The notes beneath the pieces were generated by a model, which did not search any database, had not been told where the DNA came from, and saw nothing but the letters and a program-made list of their open reading frames with translations. The position numbers were made by a program, and so were the translations under genes. Below, piece after piece: positions 13,301 through 28,300 of a stretch of DNA of 64,000 nucleotides. Position 1 is the first letter of the stretch. Each line of letters opens with the position of its first letter. Source of the stretch: Callorhinchus milii (taxonomy: Eukaryota); the NCBI RefSeq assembly GCF_018977255.1, contig NW_024704742.1:57848001-57912000 (forward strand), in the 5' to 3' direction.

Positions 13301-16300
13301 CTTTATTACTAATTAAAGATTTGCTTTTACAATGCTTTCATCAATTTTCTTAGGATTGATAAGTGCTCAAAACTAACCTAAAATAAAGCAAGATTGTTTT
13401 TGTCAAATGGACTCAACTTTGAATGTTATTATGGTTACTATAATAATTTCAGTTAATAATAATTCAAATTAAGTGCTTCATTCACTTCAAGATTCTCCCA
13501 TTCTAACATGAAATGGGAAATGGGAATTGTAATAAGACTAAGAATATAAGCTTTTCAAACACATTAATACTACTTAAATCACTCATCAGATAATTTGCAT
13601 TCATTACATTACAAATAAATATCTGATCACACTGAATCTTATAAATTTGAAGGATATGTTTGTATATTCTTATAATGTTAGTTTAATTTAAAAGATGGGG
13701 AGAATTGTTTCAGACCCTAGCATCTTCTCTAGAAGATTATTTTTTAATGACAAGCACAAATTCAAGGCAGGAATCTGAGCAAATCAGATTATGTTTGTTG
13801 TAACTGAACATGATAGTGCTTCCATGCTACAAGGATTTGCTATTCTGCAAACCTGAGTCAAAATTAATTTGATAATGACGAAGCCAAGTTTAACAGCTTT
13901 AAATCCAAAATGGAATATTCAAACTAATCCTGGTTTGCTCATTCCAAATATTTTTACTTTAATGCAGTTATAATGTTATGATGAATATTTCTAAATACTC
14001 TCCACCCCCACACCACACGCACTTTTCCTCAATGCAGCAATTAATGTTCAGGTATAGTTCCACAGGCAGCTCTCTGGTACATCATTCTTGTGGCAATTTG
14101 ACATCTGCCAGTTGGACAGTGAATTTTGGGAAGCTCTTGGACTGAGGGAGACCATTACAGCCAAAACCAATCCTGTCCTCACCTGATATCCGCAGATATA
14201 CATTTCTGGACAAGGTCATTGGATAATGATCAGGAGGAGGAACCCTGTCTGAATTTGTTTGCCCCTTCCTAATCTGAAAAGTGCTGAGGCCACCTGCAGC
14301 GCTCTCCTCATTGCCTGATCTTAGATTGACTAACTCAGCACTGACAGGGACGAAACTTGAGATTTTCTTCTTCTGGGTGGCTCATTAGGATGCCACATGT
14401 ACAATGGGAGTTGTTATTGCTCCTTGAGAGTTGATAACGGGCTCTTGTTAGACAAGATTCACTTTTCTGTGTTAAAGAAACAAAATACTACAGGATATTA
14501 AGTAGGTTTGGCTGCTAAAAGGCAGAACCATATTTTAATCCTACAACCATTATATTTCAATTTCAAATATTCTGTGAATTGAAGGATCCAAATACCCTCA
14601 TGATTATAATAATAACAATAATAATCCTTGCTTTTGATATAGCACCTTAGCACGTTATTGAGATGTCTCAAAGCAATTCACAGAATATACTATAAAGCGG
14701 ATTGATTGTGTATTTTGTGGCCGAAATGACCCTGTGAATAATAATTATATAACATTGCTTGACAAAGTACAATACAATACAAAATAACACTTCAGGAGAA
14801 CTTCTCAAGGCACTGAACAGTCAGGGATTACGACCCGAGCTGATGGGGTGGGGGGGGCTACCAACAGTGTTGGGATCACAGAGGGTGGAGGGCAGAGAGG
14901 GTAGGAGGGTGGCCGAAGGCACAGTCAAAGAGGAGGGTCTTGAGGCATCCCTTGAAGGAGACAAGGGAGGGAGCGAGGTGAAGGGAATGTAGGATGGAGT
15001 TCCAGAGGGTGGGGTTCACGGAGGCTGAAGGCCCGACCGCTGATGGTGGGATGGGCCAGGCGGGGAACATGGAGCAGGCTGGAGCCTGCTGAGCAGAGGG
15101 AGCGGACAGGTTGACAAGGAGTTAGTAGGTTGGAGAGGTAGGAGAGGGCAAGGCCTTAGAGGGCCTTGAAGGTGAGGAGGAGAATTTTTAACTTGATTGT
15201 CTGAGGAAAGTGGAGCCAGTGGAGCCGGGCAAGGGTGGGTATCATGGGATCACAGAGCCTGGTGCGGGAGAGGGCATGAGCTGCATTGTTCTGGATGATC
15301 TACAGCTTGTGGAGGGAAGCACTACTCTAAAGTAGTATTTAGAATATATAAAATATGAACTAACTGAGATTAGCACATTTCTGTCACCTCTGAGATCTTG
15401 GCTCAAATCCAGCCCAGATTGAAGAGACAAACATTTGTTCTCTGGTGGCTATGAGGGTCCTACACACAAAATATGAGGCAATCTCAACCCAGTTCCCTGT
15501 GGATTTGAGTTTACAGCAAAAGACTACCTAAATTCAGCTAAAAGAGAAGTACCATAAGGATGGAAAGTGGTTGTTGAGAACATTGCTTGCCAATGCTGGG
15601 ATACCACTGCAGGCTGTTGGAATTTCTCCTCATCCACAGCCTAGAGAATAGGCCATTCTTGTCATGGTAGATGACCCTCTGAATAACAAGGTTAGAAATT
15701 ATGCAGTAATGTACACCACAAAGGATTTACAAACCTTGATATGATCATATTGCAAAGCATTGCATGACTGGCTAAAGTTGAAAAAACACCACCAAGAAAT
15801 TGCATTTATGTAGCACATTTTAGGTAAAATAATGTCCCAGGATATTTTGGAAAATGTAATGGTGGACAATTGAGCAGTAAAATATGAGTTTTAAAAATGT
15901 TGATCAAAGGGATGGATTTATATGTATTTATATGTATTTATGAATGCTTTTGAATGTAGGGAGTGAGAAAGCAAGTTAAAGTGGTTTTGGAAAAGAGTTT
16001 GAAAGTATAGGGGCATTCTGGAAAAGGCTTGGACACCAATGGTGGAGTGAAGAAAGATGGGAGTGACCAATAGACCATTCTCAGAACAGTGGAGGTTATG
16101 GGCTGGAATCTAGTGCTGGAAAGACTGGTAGGACAATATCATGGTGTTATCGGGAGACAATGACATTTGGCAACGATTAGGGTAATACATCTACAGAGAT
16201 TTGTGCAGGAGAGATCGTGGGCTGCAAAGTTCTGGATCCATTGAAGCTTCTGAACAAAGGATCCAGGGAGGCTGGTGAAAGATATATCCTAAAGATACAT

Positions 16301-19300
16301 GATGAAGGCTTGAGTAGGGTTTCAGCAGCAGAGGATGTAAAGTAGGGACATGTGCAAGCATTGTACAAGAACGTAGTCTTGGTAATGAACTGGGTATGGG
16401 ATTTGCAACTTAAATGAATGTGGAAGACTCATGATTTCTGGAATTTACAGTAACACTGATGATTACTTATTAGATATCACACATCACCATATTGAAGAAA
16501 TAATACAACTTACTCCTATAGAGCATTTTTTTACAGATTAAATGTCTCATGGCACTTCTCAAAGATGGGAAAATGGGGGAAGGAAGGTCAGAGGGAGATG
16601 ATCTGAGGTGCACCCAAAGAGGTGGGTTTTAATAAGGTTTTGAAAGCAAAGAGGTAGGATGAAAGGTGCAGAAATTTAGGGAAAGAGTTTCAGAGAGGGG
16701 AAACAAGGAGGCTGTAACCTCATCCATGGTGGGATGCTGGGGGTGGAGGATATGAAGCAGGTGGCAGAGCAGAAGGAATGGGCTAGACAGTAGGGAGCCA
16801 GTACAACCCAGTTAAAATAGGATGATGGGCTCACTGAGGCTGGTAAAGGAAAGGATATGGACTGCAGAGTTTTGAATAATTTGTAACTTGTGGAGGGTTG
16901 AACTGGGAAGTTGAGCAAGGAGTTAATTGGAGAAATCAAGGCTGAAGGTGACTAAGTCCTGAATAAGGAATCAACAGTGCTTGGGATGAGGTAGGGATGG
17001 AGGCAAATGATTTTTAAGATATGGAGGTAAAGAAACTTGGTCAAGGACTGAGTGAAAAGCTTAAAGGTTGAGAATGTTCAATGGCTCCATAAGCTTGAGT
17101 GAGCAGCGGGAGAAGGTGAGCTAGAGATAAGAATGCTCATGTAAGAGCATTCTTACCTTTAGCTCTACATCCATCTCAACTTATATGGTTTTATGGACAG
17201 TTGAAAGAAATAGAACCTCATCCAGGGCTTGGTGTTTGACAGACTGGCTGTCAGGACACCAGTGGTCCTGCAGTCAAGATTGAAAACAGAGAGATAGAGT
17301 TTGGTATTGTCCCCATAAATGCATGCAGATTATGTCACCAAGGAGAGCATATAAATGAGGAAGAGAACCAAGAATAGAGCCCTGAGGAACATCACAAGTG
17401 ACAGTGTAGGGCTGTGAAAGGCAAGAGGAAAAGCCATCAAAAGATATAACATGAAATCAATAAAACAGACATAATTAGAACTAGAAAAGTATGGTGTTCT
17501 GGAGGTTGACCTGGGAGGAAAGATGATGGAGAAAGATGGAGTCATCAAAAATATTGAAGGCTACAAAAAAATCAAGGACAAGGAGCATGGACACAAACTG
17601 AGAGGATGTCATTGTTGACATTGACTGGGCTGCCTCAATACTATGAATAGGATGGAAACCAGATTGATTGGAGTGATACAGATAATAGTGGGAAAGGGTG
17701 GCAGTATAGCTGGGAGGCAACACCTTCCGATGACTTGGAGAAGAAAGGCAGTGTAGGGATGAGGAAATATTTAGAGTTTCGAAGGGGCCAAGCAAGGTTT
17801 TTTGAGAGGAGTAGGGGTGATGATTGGAGTTTTAAAGGAGGGCACTATGTTAAAGGATAGGAAATGGTAGATGACATCAGCAAGCAAGGAGACAAGAGTG
17901 GGTAGTTTGGAGATGAGGAGTTCAGTGGGAATGAGGTCAAGGAAGAAGGTGATAGGTTTCATTGCAAAAGATAGAAAGAGATGAGAGGCAAGCAGGGACA
18001 AAGTTGTGAAGGGTAGGGGTTATGGTAAGGGAGGAAGAGAGGTGTGGAAGAAGGTGAGATGAAGAATGGGGAGACACCTGAGCATATTTTTTGATTATAA
18101 TATTGTAACAATCTTTTTTTCATATTATAGTACAGTACTTAGGAAGTCGACAAATCTCAAAGCGCTTCACAAATAATTGCGTTCATTTGTATTAACTGTG
18201 TGCTTGTATGCTAGCAGTGCAGCACAGCAAGGTTCCACAAGTACGCATAAAGTGATAGACCAACTTAATTTGGAGGATTGTTCTCCAGGAACCGGGAGAA
18301 ACTCCCGTATCTTTTTGTATAATGCCATGGGATCATTAGTGTCCACCTGAACAGACAGACAGGACCTCAATTTTGTGTCTTATCCAAAGGTTGGCACCTT
18401 TGACAATGCAATGCTGGAATGTCAGCCTGGACTGTGAGCTGAAAGTCCCAATATAGGGCTTGAATCCACAACCTCTGACTGAGAGGTGAGAGTGCTACTA
18501 ATTCAGCCAGGCTAACACCAACAGAGGCCGTTTTGATTGGTGTACACTGTTGGTTTGACTGACAGTACCACACCACTTCAAAGGTACATTTCACCACATT
18601 CTGGGCTCCAGGAAATGCAACAAAATATTTTCTATGTGGCGAACTGTTACTTTCCATTTTTAGAAATAAGAATTAACCTGCCAACCCTTCTCCTGAATGC
18701 AGATGGACATGATGCCTTGGCCAATTCCATTGTAATCTCCTGAAGGTGCCTGGAAAGATACTGGAACAAAAAGATTAATGGCTGCTGTAATTTCTACAGC
18801 CTCAAGCAGAATAGTTTGACCTACTGAGACATTCTCCAAATATGAAGGTACCATTTGCCACCTCTCTTTGATTACATCCTTCGTTGGTTGAAACCTCCTT
18901 CTGAACACCCACTCCGTTATTGCCAAAATATTTATTGTTGATTCATATACCTTTAACATGAATATAGCTTTCGCCCTAATCTTCTCCTTCTGTCTGATCA
19001 CATTTTCTGCTTTTCCTGGTCCCCCTTTGAGAGAATAATGGCTGCAGTTATAGCAAGGAAAGTTATAGCAAGGGCTAACTCATGAAAAAAAAAGTTTGAT
19101 AAACTGCTGTGAATAAAACCTACTACAATAAACGCTGGTGGCATTAAAGCTCTCAAATAGCCTCATATGGCAGACTAATTAAATATAATAATGCAATATA
19201 AATTTACACTTATACAGCGTTTTTCACATTGGGAGAATGTTCCAAGATACTTGCCAGTCCTTCCTCAGCACCCAAGCTCGGGGTGCTGAGGAAGGAATGT

Positions 19301-22300
19301 AATGGAATCCTTCCCCCCCAAATCTGATAAATTGATATCTTTAGTTCAGCAATGGTAATAATTTGCGTCTGCATTAAACCACATGCAAATCTCAAAAATA
19401 CTGGTAATATAAATATATAATATTTTTGTTTGCTTGAACCTCTTGAATTTTGAATTATTTCTGTATTGTTTCCCCTTCTTAATATTTTTTTTCTCTGGAT
19501 TTAAATATGTTCAGGCCTCACATTTGCATTATTGAGAAGAAGGCCACAATGAAAAGATTTTCATAATATCCCTAAACATGTATTCCAAGACCTTCGGCAG
19601 GTTTTAACTGGAGTAAACATTAACAGTGGGGAATAGATATGTATATCTGTCTTCTGCCATTGAAGGATATTAGAGCACTGCCCCCACTTCCCCCCCCACC
19701 ACCCCCTCCCATCCTACCTCAGGTAGAATTGGTACCTTCAGCTAATTCTCTCCTTTGACATATAGCAGTATTGCTTCTTGTATCTGGTCCTCACAGATAG
19801 TTTTAGCAGCTGCAGGATTAGAGAAGAGCATGCCACTGGATCTGACTGAGTCCCAGCGAGCCATTTAGCCCTGGACAAGAGGGATGGAATCATAGAATGT
19901 TACAGCAGAGAAACAAACCATTCAGTCCACCAAATCTCTTTTTCCCCCCATGAAACATCTAAGGCCATCTATCCTGTTTTCTACTATATATCTTAGTCAT
20001 CTTTTTCAAGCATCTATGTATTTTCTTCTCGAAATTAGTTGATAGATTTTGCCACCAACCATGCTATGTATATAAATGTTGTCTTATTTCCCAATTAATT
20101 ATTTTGTGTTAATTTAAAATTTAAAAATCTAAAATCGCTAGTCATGAATTTGCCTACCAGTGAAAATAATCTATTGAGCCTTTATAATCTTTTGCACACC
20201 AAGGTCTCTGCTCCACTACCAATTTAAAATCTCATTGCTTAAGATGTACTTGCATTTCTTATGATTAAATTGCACTACTGTAGGTTTAAGAATGATGATG
20301 GGTTTCTGCAGGTGTCAGACACCTGACTGAGCCCCCAAAACTCTTCACATTTTTCAAAATTGAACTATATCTGCCACGTACTTGCCCATCCTACTAGCAT
20401 TCTGTCTTTCTGCAGTCTTTACATTCCTCATCACAATTTTTCCATTCCCTTCAATTTTGTCCATCAACAAATTTCAATATTGTTCCCTTAAGTCCTAAAT
20501 CCAGATAATTTATGTATACATAAGAAAGAACCCTGTTGAACACCACTCACTACAACATCCAAGGCCAAGAAACTTCCTTTTACCACTACTCTTTGCTTTC
20601 TGCTCTACACACCTGTCTCTAACCATGTGGTCATATTTTCCTTAATCCATGTGCCATAACAGTACTTTATCAATTATGTATTGAAAATCTGTATCAACCA
20701 CAAACCTTGGTTTGCAGAGGGATAAGCAGCTGCTGCTAAAGTTCCGCACCTCCAACTGGTGGAACCATCGCTCAATGGGAAGAGATTTGTGTACGAGCTG
20801 TGGGCAGGAATTGATGCAGTGCTTTCTCACTTATTATGCTGAACTATGTTGTCCACCAGGAAGCTCACAGGGAGTTCCTGATACCTGTGATCCATCTAGT
20901 GAGGGCTCAAACCTATGTTTGTTAGTTGTCAAATGGCCAAAGACTATCCTCCTTGGGAGGAGAGTTGGTGGGGTTGGTGGGGGGGTGTGGTGGGTGGGGG
21001 GTGGAAATGGGGTCTGCTTGTACCTAAACTGTCTCTAATGTGATATGTTTGGCAATGGAATGTCAGAATCAAGCCCACGTTCTGTGGCGGTTTTGGTAGT
21101 GCAATTCCTGAGCCAGGCAGCTCCGCAGTATTCCAGGACACTGCTGATGACAGCATAGCATGATACTTGCTCATCGGCAGGATTTGAAAGGGCAGACAGT
21201 CACTGGGGCAGCGAGTCATCCCACTCAGGTCCCGAAAATCCTACAAGACAAAGCTCTCATGGATAGGATGGTCCTAGCTGGACAAGCAGTAGGAAAGCTT
21301 ACCGGGCAGTGCTCTCAAAAGTAAGCTATGGCATTTTAGCTGGATAGACTGCACAAGGAGTCTTAACGCACACTTTCGGGTCCCCACGCCTTGGTTCTTG
21401 CCAACCTGTGCCTGAAATAGATAAGCAGGGTTTGTGCCTCCAGGGGGAGAGTGCACAATCCTTTCCAATAAACATCTCTGAAATTTTCATGTTAGGTGGA
21501 ACATATAGAAATCTTAGGTTGCTTTGGATACTCTCTTAAACATGGTGATGGGTTTCTGCATGTGTCAGACACCTGGCTGACCAAAAACAATCAAACACAT
21601 TGACTGAATTTTCTATTCTCTCTTTTATTTTTCAAATAATTCTATAAGATTTGTCTAGCACAACCTACCTTTCAGAATTTTTTGCTGATTTGCTTTAAGT
21701 AATTCATGTTTTTCCAAGTGCTTAGTCATGTAATTCCCTATTCTCTCTATTATTTTACAAACATCTGACTAACTGACCTATAACATCCTGTATTTTTAAA
21801 GCAAGTCAGTCAGACCTAGCAAAGAGGGCGATAAGATCACAGACTAAGTTTAACCAAAGAAACAGGGAGCACAGCCCATTCTAAAGCTCCTGGAAAGAGT
21901 GTAATGAGACTAAAAGATCCAGAATAGAAACAATAAGGGAGGGAGGGGAGGGTGGGAGGGGGATAGAGAAAGATAACATGCACAGGTATAGACCCTGAGA
22001 GAGAGTGAGAGGAATTTAGGAAACAGAGAGAAAGAGAGATGGTCAGTTCCCTTGACTACAATTTGGTCGACAACAACGATACGACCATTTGTGGGTTAGG
22101 ACATTATCTTGGAAAGTAATGTGCATAGTGTACAATACAATTGAAAATATACATTTGTTCTGCCCCTTTCACTTTAAATATGGCTATTGCTATAATAATA
22201 ATAATAATAATAATAAAAAGAATCCTTGCATTTGATATAGTGCCTTATCACGTTGTGGAGACGTCTCAAAGGGCTTCATCGAATATACTGTAAAGTGTAG

Positions 22301-25300
22301 TGACTGTGTGTTTTGTGGGCGATCAAAATTCAGTTCTACTGGATTGAACCTGGGATTCTTGGATGACACCAGACTAAATCCACCACAATATTACAAATTA
22401 TTGCTCCTCACTGAAATATGCGGGGTGTATAATCAGGAGTCAGTTTACAGCACAATCCCATATACAGCAACATATTCAGTATCCCTCTGTACACCCCCGC
22501 CCAAACCCCACAATTCAACAATAATAAATTGCACTTCAGTACTAAATATAGAATATATACCAAGTGTTAAATTGTAATACGTAATGGACAAATCTGCAAT
22601 ACATGCTAAAATAACTGCTATTTTATGATAAATCATAATGCTGCAGTAAGGCTTAAACATTCATTTTATAATGGACACAATGAATTAAAGTAATTGAAAT
22701 ATAACCGCCAGTGATACAGGTTTATGATTTAAAATCTAAGTGCTAATGATAATACAGATATTAAGGATAATAAAAGCATTGACTTTTGCTATAAAATACA
22801 GCAAAAGTCAGACCATATTAATTTAACTGGATCATAAAATTGGCTTGATTGGGACCCAATAGTGCCAAGTGTTGAACACTATCTTATTCCCATCTGCGAA
22901 AATACTACAATATAATGCACAAAATCCAATTTTCTGCTTGTAAAACTGCTAACATTTCAGGTAAACAACACCCACCATTTTCTCCCAAAGTACATCTATC
23001 ACCTTCCAACTCGGAACAATTCTATCAGAATTGCCAAAACAGCAGGAAAGAAGCCACAGGTTCCAGGATGTGATGGGCAATTTTAGGACACCTGCAAATA
23101 TCTCTTTGCAGAGGGTAACCACCACCGGAACAAAATATCAGGAAGGGTGGTTGAGGCTGGAACATTGGGTTCATTTGAGCAGAAGCTTGATGCAATAATG
23201 GGAAAATAATAGGGTGGATATTCTGGAAGGACAAATGGGCCAAAATGCCTTCTTCATCCGAACTGCTCTTGTGAAAAGACAACACTTTTTATTCATGAGA
23301 GGCATGAATGGATAGAAACTTGAACACTGAAAACAGAGACATTGTAATAACATGATAATACTATGAGGATCATTCATAAATGTACACGACAGTAACATAA
23401 TTCCTGTCTCAGTATTTTAACATTAAGGAACAATATAATCTATACAAAAGGGTGCAGATTAAATTATAAAACAATCAATCATCTCATGCTAACAAAATTG
23501 AAAGTCAATTGGCTGCTAATGACATAATTTATCATTCATAAAATAAAACTTGTTTTTAAATTACTAGTGAAAGTATAGAAAATAAATCTGATTCAGAATT
23601 CAGCTTCTTATCCAAATCAAATAGAACAAATATCCAAAATAAATAGATTTATATGAGATAAATTGTAAATTAAAACATACTAGGCAATTTACCATTATTA
23701 GCATCTCTTCTTCGTTTACACTCTACCTATCCACATTGTTAGAAGTTTCTTAATAGAAGTGATTACTGGAAGCAGAATAAAACAGTCAAATAAAGTGTCA
23801 AAATCTCACTTACCAAGATAAACAAGATATGGGGAGATAATGGTGGCACCCCGGGATGCCATAGAGCATGCCCCAAGCCCCATGTTTCTCACCAAGGTTG
23901 GATATAGCTCAGCAGTAAAAATGTAGATTATAGCGTAGCTTATTGCAATGCCAGATTTACCAATCATCACCAAGATCAAAGTCAGAATATGAAGACCTGT
24001 GAAATCAAAATGAAATAAATTATCTGCAATTTGCAATATCTGCCACTGTATTGGAAACATTTTATAAAATTACAAGAGTGATTCAGAAGAAAAACGTATA
24101 AAAACAATAGTTTACTTGCCATTTCACTAAATGTAGACACTATAGCAATAAATGCAGATTTATAGCTTTGTCTTTGCTCTGACAACTATACTGGACTGAA
24201 ATTCCCTCTCTTTAATTATGATGTTCATTAGGAAGAACTTGGATACAAATTGAACAAATCATCACTTTCCAGTCTCATAGTATTATTAAGATACTAAAGG
24301 TATTCGATAGTTCAGAAAAGGACAGAAAATGCCCTCAATGGTTAATGTACCATTTAAAACATTTTTGTTTGCTTACCCTTTTGAACAGCTACAGATTTTC
24401 ATGATAGCATTCATTTAGAGATATCTACCTGTGCATAGGTGGATTCCAAGTGCAAGTATAAACGTGTGTTCACAAACTTGGACTCCAGATTAAACTTTTC
24501 CGCAGCTGTTGCCAAAAGACTCAGAATTTCCTCATCAGTTATCTGATGAACATCTGTCTTCAGCATAGTGGGAGGGACTTTACAGGACAGTTTGTGACAT
24601 TCTTACCAACCTTGAAGTTCTCAAGTTCAGGTCCAATGCTGTGTACCAGGCTTACTCAGCACCAACTGCTTAATCCAGGCCCTTATGCGAGGGGCCTTGG
24701 CAAATAGATGTGCCTGCTGTGAAGCTGACTCTGCCCCTAGGAAGCTTAGCGACAAGTCATTATAGGCGAGCCCTCTCTGCCACAAGATGTGATTACTGTC
24801 AAATACATTATTAGGCAAATAGACTCCTGCATTGGGACAAGGAAAGTGAAGTAAAAATCTATAAGCAATTTAGGAAGCAGGAATAATAAGGCAAGACTGT
24901 TAAGCGACTTTAATTATTTGACAAATGAGTGTGGGTGAGATGGGGAAGGTAATTTTAGAGTATAAAACAAAATGTTGAGATGCCCACTCGAAAATATATA
25001 TTGTTTCATTTTGTCCTGGGCAATGAGCTAGGGTTGGTGAGCAACTTAAAGGTAGGAGAATATTTCCGAATCAATGACTATCAAGTTCACTGTCAAAATG
25101 ACTAGAATAAAGGAGGAATTTAGCATTAAGGTAATGAATTGGAAAAGAGCAACTTTGTGTGAATTAAATAAAGAATTGCTACACCTAGATAGGATAGAAC
25201 AAATACCATATAAATGGTAGGTTGTCGAGAAATATTTAAGTGAGAAATATTTAAAAACATTTGCATAAGATACAGGCAAAATATTTCCATGGATAATCAA

Positions 25301-28300
25301 GGAAATTGAGACAAAAATGAGATCAACAGTCATCTGACAGATAAAGGGCAAGTACAAAAAGGAACAGTGAAGTAAATGTTGTGGAGGTGGGGGAAGGCAG
25401 AGCGGGTCATGGTGCAGATGTGGGGTAGAAAAGATAGTTGGGAGTTAAGCAAAATGCCAGGGTTCCAGACTGGCTTAGCAAGGTTGAGGGTGCAACCATG
25501 GATGGGGATGCTCTCAGCATCTGAGGTGAGGAGGTGCAAAGTCTGGTGAGTCTCACACCATTTCCAGGAAGCTACTTGGGATCATAATAGAGAATGTTGT
25601 TGTGAAACATTTAGAAAAGATAGAATTGATAAGGGATTCCCAGCATAGTTTTGTGAAAAGAAAATCATGCCTGACTAATTGACTGAATTCTTCAACAAGA
25701 TAACAAAAATGTGGATAAGGTCATACATGGTTTTTTATTTAGATAAAGTATTGAAATAACAGATTATGGTCAAAATTAAGCCACAGGTTCACAAGGATGA
25801 TAATGGAGATAAAAGGATACAGCAAGAAGGACAGGTTTAAGAGGTTAGAGGGATTCTTCCTGCTGGTAGAGAAAAGGTTGAGGATTGATATGATAGAGGT
25901 GTTTAAAGTAATGAAAAAGGTTTGAAAGAAGCCATTGTGAAATACTCTTTACGCTGGAGATTTAGGGACAAATGGGCATTTGTTCAAGATTGTGATTCGG
26001 GGAATAGAAGAAGACTTTCAGAAATGAATTATCCCCCAGGGGTTTGTCAGGGTAACAGAATGATTTGTCACGACTGGTTGATCGAGCAGAGTTGGATAAA
26101 GCATTTAAAAAAGGAATTAGACAAGAACGTCAACAGAAATAGAATTATAGGATACAGGGAAAGAGCTGGGAATTGGGATTAGGATGGACGCCTCATTTGA
26201 AGAGCAAACACTGACACAAAATAATATGCTGATTAGCTTCTGACTGTTGTACTTTTGTATGGTAAGATAATTGCAGCAGCCATTTTTGCACCAGCAAAGT
26301 CCCACACACAGTGGTAAGGTGGAATGATTAATTGATCTGGAGCATTGTTTACAAGGACACTGGAAAACATTTTGAATAGTCTCATGGAATCTTTAACATG
26401 CACATGAGACATAGAGACAGGGCTTTGGTTTTAATACCTCAATACCTCAAGAAGTGTTATACATAAGTCAAACTGATACATTCCTTATAAGGCAGTGGAA
26501 ATAGGTAATAGTTCAAAATCTTTAAATTTGACTTGTAGCTTCGCAAGGTTCATTTTTATCATTTTTGCCTTATCTGATATTCTTATGGTAAAATGTGACA
26601 TTAACTGCATGAAGGTTTCTCTTTGAAAACTGATTGTCACTTTGATTTATAGTAATCCATCAGAATCAATGAATTTCTTAGCTGATCAGCATGTACTACA
26701 GAGTAATATTCAATTGATAAGTCATCAATTAGTGTAACTAAAGTATCAAGCTAGACCTTGTCTCCTGATTTCTAACATCCCTTTTACATCTTGTAAACAA
26801 TATATACTGTAAAAACAAAACTACCTGCTTAAATTAATGGGTCAGAATAATTCTGGTTTGTTGAGGTGCGTTTTGGGGGTCATTTTCATTTATCGTTGTT
26901 ATCATTTGACTCATTTCAAAAGCATATCTAATAATAATCCTCATATTTGATATAACACCTTTCAACTTGGGAGGACTTCTCAAAGAACTTTATATCTGGA
27001 TCAGATCATTGAAATGCATAATTATTGTAGCTTCAGCACCTTGGGACATCATCCCAACGTGAAAGGCACTATGCAAATGTTATTTTGTTGTTGTTATTCT
27101 GTTCCAGCTGAAGTTATCACAATAATACTACCCCACAGAGAAAATGATAGTTATATTTTGTAATACACTGGATGCTATTACATCTGATTGATTCATGTGC
27201 ATGGAGGATAAGATCTGATACACTTATTTTATTTCCATGGTTCTGATATATTCATAAAATTCCCCAATCTATCTCTGGAATATCTATGTGAGATGGAATG
27301 CATGGAATTTTCACTTTGGTTTGGACACACTTAAGCATGGTCATGTGTTTCCACATGTGTCAGACATCCGGCTGACCAAAATAATACATAGAATGTGGTT
27401 GAATTATGATTAGTTGAAGAATTGATACAGGTCCGCTGAGACAGTAACAAACAATTGTTAATTGATAATTATCACCAGAGAAAAAGCAGGGTGAAGAAGA
27501 TGTATCTTTTTCATAGAGGCTTGTTAGAATGTGATATTCCTTGCCATGAATAACTGTTCAATTTAAATAATAATCCTTGCATTTGATATAGCATTGCTGA
27601 GACGTCCCAAAGCATATACTGTAAAGTGGACTAACTGTATATTTTGTGGGAGAAATGTGGCAGCCAATTGCACACAGCAGTGTCCCACAAACAGTCATGG
27701 ATTGAGTGACCAAATTCTTTGTATTATTATCTTTTGAAGGAATTATTACCCCCGAAAGTGATTTTCCAACAACCAGGTTCCTATTTGCTACTAGGCAAAT
27801 AGAGACGAAAGACTAAGGAAACTTGCCTAAGGTTTTGCCATGCCCAGGAATCGAACCCAGGTCCTCTCACTTCTGAGATCAATACTCTAACGAATGTGCT
27901 ACAGGACTCCACAGGTATTTAAAATAACAGTATTTAAAATTAGAAGAAAAATATATTAAAAGGTAGATCTAAAGAGTTGGGGGCTGGGGTTAGAGCAGAT
28001 AGATCAAGTCAGGAAGCTATCACAAACATGATAGGTTAAATAATACCAAACATTCTTTGATATCAAAATGTTCATGCAGCTCTAATATATCTATTATTAA
28101 TCTTTGCTTGCTCCTTGGACCAGAGATTTTTTTAAGAAAATGTGAAAAGAAAATTAAAAGTATTATCAGGAGGTAAATGGAAACAACAACTTGCATTTAA
28201 AAGATAGCATCCGGGAACACTGCAGAGTGATGGGGTTGGACACCGAGTAACGGAGAAGGGGGAGGGGGAGGAGCACGGTCATCGTGGTTAGTCTTAACGT

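Noticed and set aside
18660..19001. ORF with [15 protein letters not shown], superficially like SLC22 exon 9
   Set aside because: The true 136-bp exon 9 is at 10227-10362; this ORF has no suitable splice sites and only weak similarity
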